Below the pieces are notes generated by a model. The model did no database searches. It was not told where the DNA came from and worked only from the letters and a program-made list of their open reading frames with translations. Position numbers and translations under genes: made by a program. This document shows positions 57,424 to 64,000 of a stretch of DNA of 64,000 nucleotides, piece by piece. Position 1 is the first letter of the stretch; every line of letters begins with the position of its first letter. The DNA comes from Litoreibacter ponti (GTDB taxonomy: Bacteria > Pseudomonadota > Alphaproteobacteria > Rhodobacterales > Rhodobacteraceae), in contig NZ_QBKS01000002.1 of assembly GCF_003054285.1 (NCBI RefSeq), positions 223,207 to 287,206 on the forward strand, read 5' to 3'.

Positions 57424-57491
57424 CGGGGGTCTGGGGGCGGAGCCCCCAGCGGATCGACGCGGGCGCAGCCCGCGGCGACACTCACCGGTGC

Positions 57492-58445
57492 TCAGCGGTC
57501 GTCTTTTGCGAGCGGGTGATGCTCCAGCACCAACTCCTTCAACCGCTCATCCAGAACATGGGTGTAAATCTCGGTGGTCGAGATATCGGCATGGCCCAAC
57601 AGGGTCTGGATCGCCCGCAGATCGGCCCCGTTCGCCAGCAGATGGGTCGCGAAAGCGTGGCGCAAGGTGTGGGGTGTGACCTTCGACGGGTCGACCCCGC
57701 CCGCCACGGCCAGCTCCTTGATCAGCATGTAGAAGCGATGCCGCGTCAGATGTCCCGCCTTGCCCCGCGACGGGAACAGGAATTTCGAGGCAGGCTTCCC
57801 TTTCTCTTGCGCCGCCGCGTCCAGCGCATCGCGGGTCTCGATCCAGACCGCGAGCGCGTCGCGCGCGGACGCCGCCAGGGGCACCATCCGCTCCTTGCCG
57901 CCCTTGCCGCGCACCAGCAGCATGCGCGGATCGCCGCGCGCGGCGGACACCGGCAGGGTCACCAGCTCTGACACCCGCATCCCCGTGGCATAGAGCAGCT
58001 CCATCAGGCAGGTGTTGCGCAGCCGGTCGTCAAGACTGCGCGCAGAGCTCTGCGCGGCGCCAAGCAGCCGGTCCACCTCCTCGACGCTCAGGGTCTTGGG
58101 CAGGGATTTCTTGCGCCCCGGTCCCTTGATCTGGATCGCCGGGTTGTCCTCGCGCCAGCCCTCCTCATAGGCGAACCGGTAGAGCTGCTTGATCGCCGAG
58201 AGCCGCCGCGCGCGGGTCGATTGCGCCAGCCCCTGGGCGTCGCAATGAATGAGATAGGCTTCCACATCGGCGCGTTGCAGCGTCTCGAAACGCAAGCCCT
58301 GGTCCTGCGCCCAACCTGCCACGTCGATCAGGTCGCGGCCGTAGGCCAGCCGCGTGTTCTCGGAGGCATCGAGCTCGGCCGCCTGCGCATCGAGAAACGT
58401 CTCGATCCAGCGCGCCATCCCAGGCGCAAGCCCCACGGCGCTCAC
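57492..58445 (-). CDS. xerD: site-specific tyrosine recombinase XerC/XerD family (housekeeping dimer-resolution recombinase, probably XerD)
   Basis: R..H..R..Y catalytic residues (RHAFATHLL...TEIYTHV). Conserved neighbourhood with aroK-aroB. Confidence 0.8.
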   Translation of the reverse strand: MSAVGLAPGMARWIETFLDAQAAELDASENTRLAYGRDLIDVAGWAQDQGLRFETLQRADVEAYLIHCDAQGLAQSTRARRLSAIKQLYRFAYEEGWREDNPAIQIKGPGRKKSLPKTLSVEEVDRLLGAAQSSARSLDDRLRNTCLMELLYATGMRVSELVTLPVSAARGDPRMLLVRGKGGKERMVPLAASARDALAVWIETRDALDAAAQEKGKPASKFLFPSRGKAGHLTRHRFYMLIKELAVAGGVDPSKVTPHTLRHAFATHLLANGADLRAIQTLLGHADISTTEIYTHVLDERLKELVLEHHPLAKDDR

Positions 58446-60001
58446 GCGCGCGTCCCGGTAATCAGCACGAAAAGCGCGAGGCGGCGGGCGGCGTCATTGA
58501 AGCCTAGATGCAGCAGGGTGCGCAGCCCGTCTGACAGCGCCTTGGGGTCCGCGTCCGCCCCGTCCTCCAGCCGCTTGATCGCGTGCAGGCTCGCAAGCCC
58601 CAGATTGCCCGCCTCGATCAGCGCGCGGTCCTCATCGGCGGGTCCGGGCGTGGTGAAGGCCGCCGCAATGGCGGCGCGCGTGGCCCCTTGATCGTCGCGC
58701 AGCGCCGCGCCGAGCGCCTGCGCATCCCCGGTGGCCACAGCGCCGTGCAGATCGAATTCCTCCGGCAGCCCGGACTGTGCGGCCTGCTCGTAGACCGGCG
58801 AGAGCAGCATCAGCCGCGTCGCATCCTGCCCCGCCGCGCCCGGCAGTTGCAGCCCGATCAGCGCTTCGCCGAAAAGGCTCGCCAAGGCAGGCTCCAGCCC
58901 CGCCCGGCGCATGGCGCGCACAGCGTCCCGCAAGCGCGCGGCGATGGCGGCGGTGTCCGCCCCGGCAAGCGCCGCTTCCAGGCCCTGTACTGCGGCGGCC
59001 CGGTCCCACACCCCGCCAGAGGCCGCAGGCTTGCGCTCGGAATAGATCGCCAGCAGGCGCGCGGGCGAGATCGCTCCGCTGCGCGCCAGACGTTCGGCGG
59101 CGCTGATCCGGGCCTTCCAGCCGACCGTGTCGGACAGTTGCGTAAACGAAAACGCATTGGGCAGGCTCGCGGGGTTCAGCGGCTCGCCAATCGCCTCGTG
59201 CATGCGGAAGTTCAAGGGCGTGATCCGCGCGGGCAGCGGCAGCGGCGGCTCGCCCTCGAAAAGCTCCGGGTCGAGGAAGCGGGCGATCAGCGCATCCTCG
59301 CGCTCGGAAATCACGCCAAGGGTCTTGGCGGTGTTCAGCGTCAGTGCCGCGCGCTCCCACGCGCCCGCCCGCGCCATGCAGAAGATGCGCGCGGGATAGG
59401 TCGGCGACAGGTTCGGCTTGGCCAGCATGTCGCGGCAGGCGTCATCGGTCTCGCCCACCAGCAGGCTGACATCGAACCAGCGCCGAAACAGCGCGGGCGA
59501 GGTCGGTCCGGCCCGCTCCAAAAGCGCGCGGGCCTGCTCCAGCGCGCCGAGGCTCAGAAGCATGTCGACCCGCGCCTGGAACAGCACGGCCTCCGCGGAG
59601 GTATCGAGCGGCGGGTCCAGCTCCGCCAGCAGGATCATCCGCACCAGATCGGACAGGGGCGGCGGCAGGTCGGGGCGCAGATCCATCAGCGCCGCCGCCA
59701 GATCGGCGCTGCGGGTGGTGCCCCAGAAGCGTGCGGGCAGCCCGGTCACGCCGACGGGCCGCAGCCCCACCGCGTCGCGGCTTGGGGCGCCCAGCGTGGT
59801 CTGGATGACGGGCTCGGGCACCGCGCTTGTCGCCACATCATCGGCGGGCTTGACCCCGTCGATCACCGGGGGGGCCACCACGACGGGCGTGGCGACTACA
59901 TCCGACAGCCAGTCAATCGCGGAAAGCGGCTCTTCGGACAGGGCCGGGCCGGCAAGGGAAAGGGCTAAAAAGGAGGAGAGAGCGACGCGTCTAGTTGACA
60001 T
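58442..60001 (-). CDS. secreted hypothetical protein (519 aa, Ala/Leu-rich)
   Basis: Signal peptide MSTRRVALSSFLALSLAGPALS. No family recognised. Confidence 0.55.
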   Translation of the reverse strand: MSTRRVALSSFLALSLAGPALSEEPLSAIDWLSDVVATPVVVAPPVIDGVKPADDVATSAVPEPVIQTTLGAPSRDAVGLRPVGVTGLPARFWGTTRSADLAAALMDLRPDLPPPLSDLVRMILLAELDPPLDTSAEAVLFQARVDMLLSLGALEQARALLERAGPTSPALFRRWFDVSLLVGETDDACRDMLAKPNLSPTYPARIFCMARAGAWERAALTLNTAKTLGVISEREDALIARFLDPELFEGEPPLPLPARITPLNFRMHEAIGEPLNPASLPNAFSFTQLSDTVGWKARISAAERLARSGAISPARLLAIYSERKPAASGGVWDRAAAVQGLEAALAGADTAAIAARLRDAVRAMRRAGLEPALASLFGEALIGLQLPGAAGQDATRLMLLSPVYEQAAQSGLPEEFDLHGAVATGDAQALGAALRDDQGATRAAIAAAFTTPGPADEDRALIEAGNLGLASLHAIKRLEDGADADPKALSDGLRTLLHLGFNDAARRLALFVLITGTRA

Positions 60002-60125
60002 CCAGGGTTACCGGTTGGTTCACCTCAACCCGGTTCGGGGTCAGGTCTCCGAGGTAGGCATAACCGATAATGCCTACGATTCCCACCACGATGAGAAAAA
60101 CCAAAGCTTTGAAAAGCCTAAACAC
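59989..60125 (-). CDS. possible 44-aa single-TM micro-protein overlapping the start of the 519-aa gene
   Basis: GTG start with GAGG 6 nt upstream. Product MFRLFKALVFLIVVGIVGIIGYAYLGDLTPNRVEVNQPVTLDVN. Its stop overlaps the downstream ATG (ATGTCAACTAG). Below the ORF-track size cutoff. Confidence 0.3.
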
Positions 60126-60263
60126 GCTGCCTCTGCCTTATTCGTTATGCGTCGGGCTCCGGTCGACCTGGTGCCGCTCTTTACGCCCTTGCTGCGATTC
60201 ATATATGGAATTTTGGGCGAGTTCACGCCATTGAGGCAAGAAATTAGTAAATTGAGCGAGAGA

Positions 60264-60821
60264 ATGCCGTCACCCGCCCAGACCTTGATCAAACCGGTCG
60301 TGCTTGTGGGCATGATGGGGGCCGGAAAGACCGCGATCGGCGGTGCCATGGCCCGCGCATTGGGGGTGCCGTTTCTCGACAGTGACGAAGCGCTGGTGGA
60401 GGCCGCCAATTGCTCCATCGCGGAGATATTCGAGCGTGACGGCGAGGAATTTTTCCGCGCCCGCGAAAGCGAGGTGATCGCGCGGCTGCTTGACGGGGCT
60501 CCGGCGGTTTTGTCCACGGGCGGCGGCGCGTATCTGAGCGCCGACAACCGCGCCATGATCGCCAAGCGGGCCACGACGGTCTGGCTGAAGGCCGATCTGG
60601 CACTTTTGTGGGAGCGGGTGCGCCACAAGACGACCCGGCCACTGCTGCGCACGGGCGACCCCTATGCCACGCTCAAGGACATCTACGAGGCCCGCACGCC
60701 AATCTATGCCAAGGCCGATCTGGCGGTGGAGGCCCATGCCAGCTACTCCATCGACCAGATGGCCGCCCGGGTGATCGATGCGCTGGCGGGCGCGAACCTA
60801 TTGAAGGACAAAGCCTCGTGA
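60264..60821 (+). CDS. aroK: shikimate kinase
   Basis: P-loop VVLVGMMGAGKTAIG. An alternative upstream ATG at 60147 would add 39 aa. Confidence 0.85.
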   Translation: MPSPAQTLIKPVVLVGMMGAGKTAIGGAMARALGVPFLDSDEALVEAANCSIAEIFERDGEEFFRARESEVIARLLDGAPAVLSTGGGAYLSADNRAMIAKRATTVWLKADLALLWERVRHKTTRPLLRTGDPYATLKDIYEARTPIYAKADLAVEAHASYSIDQMAARVIDALAGANLLKDKAS

Positions 60822-61927
60822 CCGAACGCAACGTGCATGTGCCGCTGGGCGAGCGGAGCTACAACATCGACATCGGCGCGGGGCTTTTGGCCGAGGCAGG
60901 CGCGCGTATCGCGCCGATGCTGTCGCGCCCGCGCGTGGCGGTAATCACCGACGAGACCGTCGCGCGGCTGCATCTCGACAGCCTGCGTGCCGGGCTGGCC
61001 GCGGCGGGCATCGAGATGACCCATATGGCCCTGCCCGCGGGCGAGGCCACCAAGAGCTGGCCCTATCTGAGCCAATCGGTGGAATGGCTGCTTGACCAGC
61101 AGATCGAGCGCGGCGACATGGTGATCGCCTTCGGCGGCGGGGTGATCGGCGATCTGGTGGGCTTTGCCGCCGCGATCCTGCGCCGCGGCGTGCGCTTCGT
61201 GCAGATCCCAACCTCGCTGCTGGCGCAGGTCGACAGCTCTGTGGGTGGCAAGACTGCGATCAACGCGCCGCAGGGCAAGAACCTGATAGGGGCCTTCCAC
61301 CAACCGTCCCTGGTGCTGATCGACGTCTCCGTGCTGGGCACCCTGACCGAGCGCGACTTCCTCGCAGGCTACGGCGAGGTGGTGAAATACGGCCTGCTGG
61401 GGGATGCGTCCTTCTTCGAATGGCTCGAGCAGAACGCCGCCGCCATGGCCGCGGGTGATGTCGACAAGCGGATCGAGGCGGTGCGCTGGTCGTGCCAGAT
61501 GAAATCCGACATCGTCGCCCGCGACGAGACCGAACAGGGCGACCGCGCGCTTTTGAACCTCGGCCACACGTTCGGGCACGCGCTGGAGGCCGCGACGGGC
61601 TATTCCGACCGGCTGCTCCACGGCGAGGGCGTCGCCATCGGCTGCGCGCTGGCCTTTGAGGTCTCGCAGCGGCTGGGGCTGTGCAGCCAGGAGGCGCCGA
61701 GCCGCGTGCGCGCCCATCTCAAGGCGATGGGCATGAAAACCGACCTGCGCGACATTCCGGGCGATCTGCCCGATGCGGACGGGCTGATCACTCTGATGGG
61801 TCAGGACAAGAAGGTGACCCAAGGCACGCTGAACTTCATCATGGCCCGCGGCATCGGCGAGGCCTTTGTCACGTCGGATGTGGATATTGATGTGGTGCGC
61901 ACGGTTCTGACGGACGCGCTGGCCTGA
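60818..61927 (+). CDS. aroB: 3-dehydroquinate synthase
   Basis: GTG start overlapping aroK stop (GTGA). GGGVIGD and conserved His / Zn motifs. Confidence 0.9.
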   Translation: MTERNVHVPLGERSYNIDIGAGLLAEAGARIAPMLSRPRVAVITDETVARLHLDSLRAGLAAAGIEMTHMALPAGEATKSWPYLSQSVEWLLDQQIERGDMVIAFGGGVIGDLVGFAAAILRRGVRFVQIPTSLLAQVDSSVGGKTAINAPQGKNLIGAFHQPSLVLIDVSVLGTLTERDFLAGYGEVVKYGLLGDASFFEWLEQNAAAMAAGDVDKRIEAVRWSCQMKSDIVARDETEQGDRALLNLGHTFGHALEAATGYSDRLLHGEGVAIGCALAFEVSQRLGLCSQEAPSRVRAHLKAMGMKTDLRDIPGDLPDADGLITLMGQDKKVTQGTLNFIMARGIGEAFVTSDVDIDVVRTVLTDALA

Positions 61928-62037
61928 TCCAAATGCGCGGCTGCGCCGCTCGCGATCTATTTGCGTTCTTTGAGAGACGCTGTCTCTCAGCCACGCGGGC
62001 AAACTCTCTGGAGTATTTCAGACCAAATGGAGAGCTG

Positions 62038-62652
62038 TCAGCTGCCCAGGATCTTGCGCACGTAATTGCGCGTCTCGCGGTAAGGCGGGATGCCGCCATG
62101 CTTTTCGACCGCGCCGGGGCCGGCATTATAGGCGGCCAGTGCGAGGCGCCACGAGCCGAACTTACGGTACATCTGTTTGAGATAACGCGCGCCGCCTTCG
62201 AGGTTCTGTTTCGGATCGCGCGGGTTCACCCGCAGCTTGCGCGCGGTGGCGGGCATCAGCTGCGCCAGACCGATGGCACCCGCGTGCGACACGGCTCCGG
62301 GGCGCCACGCGCTTTCCTGCTGCACGAGTGCGAGGAACAGATCCTGCGGAATGCCGTGGCGGCGGGCGGCGGCCTTGGCGTCGTCGAGATAGACGCTGCG
62401 CTGCGAGCCGCGGTAGCGCGGGATGGCGGTGCTGGAACGATCGAGCGACGCGACCTTGCTTTTCGGTCTGAGCTTGCCGGAGGCTTTGTACTGCGATGAC
62501 AGGCGCCCATCGAGCAGCCGGGCCTGCGAGTTGAACACCTTGGAGCGCGAGCTGGTCGAGCCGGATGACACCAGCCCTTCGGCCAAGGTCACGCTTGGCG
62601 TGGCAGGCACCATAAGCGCCGCGGCCAACACCCATCCCAATCGGTTTCGCAT
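62038..62652 (-). CDS. lytic transglycosylase domain (SLT) protein
   Basis: Trimmed to [21 protein letters not shown] (signal peptide). SLT motif ES...GLAQLMP..A. Confidence 0.75.
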   Translation of the reverse strand: MRNRLGWVLAAALMVPATPSVTLAEGLVSSGSTSSRSKVFNSQARLLDGRLSSQYKASGKLRPKSKVASLDRSSTAIPRYRGSQRSVYLDDAKAAARRHGIPQDLFLALVQQESAWRPGAVSHAGAIGLAQLMPATARKLRVNPRDPKQNLEGGARYLKQMYRKFGSWRLALAAYNAGPGAVEKHGGIPPYRETRNYVRKILGS

Positions 62653-62833
62653 CTCTTTCAGCCCCAGCTGGTCGTGATCTCGTCTCGGTTGTGGCGGCAA
62701 TATAGCCGCTTTGGCCGATTGCGCCAGCCCCCCGTGTCGAGCAGAGACACTACACAGTGTGGTTGTACATCTGCCGTTAACCAAATACCGCTGATATAAC
62801 GCAGTCAGACACAAGATTCGGGGGAGGCCCGCC

Positions 62834-63343
62834 ATGGCCGGTTCAGTCAACAAAGTCATTCTCATCGGCAATCTCGGGCGCGACCCGGAAGTGCGCACGT
62901 TCCAGAACGGCGGCAAGGTGTGCAATCTGCGCATCGCCACCTCCGAGAACTGGAAGGACCGCAACACCGGGGAGCGGCGCGAGCGCACCGAGTGGCACTC
63001 GGTCGCCATCTTCTCGGAGCCGCTGGCCCGCGTGGCCGAGCAGTATCTCAAGAAGGGCTCGAAAGTGTATATCGAGGGCCAGCTGGAGACCCGCAAATGG
63101 CAGGACCAGTCCGGCCAGGATCGCTACTCTACGGAAGTGGTGCTGCGGCCCTACACCTCGACCCTGACCATGCTGGACGGTCGCGGCGAAGGTGGCGGCG
63201 GCGGCGGTGACAGCTACGGCGGTGGCGGTGGAGGCGGCTATGACAGCGGCCCCTCGGGCGGCGGCGGATATGGTGGTGGCAGCGGCGGTGGCGGCAGCCA
63301 GCCGGGCCCGTCCAGCGACATCGACGACGAAATCCCGTTCTAA
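62834..63343 (+). CDS. ssb: single-stranded DNA-binding protein
   Basis: OB-fold N-terminus [21 protein letters not shown], Gly-rich linker and acidic tip DIDDEIPF. Confidence 0.95.
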   Translation: MAGSVNKVILIGNLGRDPEVRTFQNGGKVCNLRIATSENWKDRNTGERRERTEWHSVAIFSEPLARVAEQYLKKGSKVYIEGQLETRKWQDQSGQDRYSTEVVLRPYTSTLTMLDGRGEGGGGGGDSYGGGGGGGYDSGPSGGGGYGGGSGGGGSQPGPSSDIDDEIPF

Positions 63344-63348
63344 GTCTC

Positions 63349-63378
63349 AAGGCCCCTCCCGAAGGGGCCTTATTTCAT
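63349..63378 (+). terminator. rho-independent terminator after ssb
   Basis: aaggcccctc ccga aggggcctt atttcat. Confidence 0.6.
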
Positions 63379-63401
63379 CGGGCGGTCGCGACTGAGCAAC
63401 G

Positions 63402-64000
63402 ATGCAGATTCTGGAAAGCTCGAGTTTTGGTGTGCGCAGCGCGATCTGGACCCTCGCCAGTCCCGATGCGGCCCGCACGGTCATGCTGTGCCCCATGGTT
63501 CATGTTGCGGAGCGCGGCTTCTATGACGCCGTCGCCGAGCGGCTGGACGGGTGCGACACGATCCTGCTCGAAGGTGTCGGCGGGCGGACCGCGGCGCGCC
63601 TGTCACGCGGATATGGACAGTTGGCCCGCGCGCCACGCCTAGGTCTGGTGTCGCAGCGGGAGATGCCGCTCGAGGCCGTGCGGGACCGGATCATCCGGCT
63701 TGAGGCGGACGCGGATTTCGACGCCCAGTGGCGCGGGCTGCCATGGGCCATACGATCCTTTCTGCCCATCGTAAGCCATGGGTACTTCACCTACCTGCGC
63801 CATTTCGGAACGCGGGCCATGCTGGCGCGGCATCTCGAGGTAGAGCTGCTCGCGGCGCGGGGCGATATTCTGGATGAGACGTTCAAGGACGTGGACACGG
63901 TAATCCTGGATCGGCGCGATGCGCATTTGTGCGCGGCGCTGGACGAGCATCTCGCGCAACCCGCCGGGCCGCGCGGGTGTATCGGGGTGGTCTATGGCGC
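63402..64000 (+). CDS. hypothetical protein, 5' part only (possible TraB/GumN-like)
   Basis: ATG at 63402 opens a frame with no stop up to the window end (MQILESSSFGVRSAIWTLASP...). Absent from the track because it is open-ended. Family call is tentative. Confidence 0.4.
   Translation, partial: MQILESSSFGVRSAIWTLASPDAARTVMLCPMVHVAERGFYDAVAERLDGCDTILLEGVGGRTAARLSRGYGQLARAPRLGLVSQREMPLEAVRDRIIRLEADADFDAQWRGLPWAIRSFLPIVSHGYFTYLRHFGTRAMLARHLEVELLAARGDILDETFKDVDTVILDRRDAHLCAALDEHLAQPAGPRGCIGVVYG

Noticed and set aside
57492-58445. Tyrosine recombinase as a mobile-element integrase marking an island.
   Set aside because: The conserved xerD - hypothetical - aroK - aroB housekeeping neighbourhood points to the chromosomal dimer-resolution recombinase.
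59418-60821. 467-aa + strand ORF.
   Set aside because: Its first roughly 280 codons are antisense to the 58442..60001 gene (Ala/Ser/Arg-rich). Only the 3' part (60264..60821) is real aroK.

Overview
High-GC (about 65%) alphaproteobacterial chromosome segment, Rhodobacteraceae-like in gene content and codon usage. Coordinates 1-22,650 hold a dense, mostly translationally coupled sugar-acid catabolic supercluster: DctPQM TRAP transporter, UxaA-family and IlvD/EDD-family dehydratases, two enolase-superfamily enzymes, an FAH-family hydratase, Gfo/Idh/MocA, HIBADH-like, DenD-like and SDR dehydrogenases, two PhyH-family dioxygenases and a GntR regulator. Coordinates 22.7-30 kb hold a ScfR-type (XRE HTH) regulator divergent from a tctCBA / acyl-CoA synthetase / ketopantoate-reductase-like operon. 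Coordinates 30.6-34.9 kb are an accessory-looking patch: an SRAP (YedK-like) peptidase, an SPFH protein behind a 330-bp very GC-rich structured leader, a degenerate tRNA-like locus with a tandem extra T-arm copy, and the most unusual element of the window. That element is two paralogous secreted PepSY-domain proteins carrying extreme poly-aspartate C-terminal tails (26 and about 70 residues, encoded by GAC/GAT triplet-repeat DNA), followed by a tightly coupled 2-TM membrane-anchored LuxR-type regulator. It sits directly after trpB, where trpA-accD-folC would normally follow. Coordinates 35-41 kb are housekeeping (trpB, trpF, lapA-like, ihfB, LysR, rpsA). Coordinates 41.5-45.8 kb carry an RTX-type calcium-binding repeat protein, a membrane protein and a Tat-secreted DUF3179 protein between rpsA and cmk. 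Coordinates 45.9-64 kb are housekeeping: cmk, GFA, aroA, trmB, LysR/DUF1330, DMT, selO, nucleoside hydrolase, CorC-family, metallophosphoesterase, xerD, aroK, aroB, SLT transglycosylase and ssb. At least three families of short interspersed intergenic repeats recur across the window. No CRISPR array, transposase or obvious prophage was seen.
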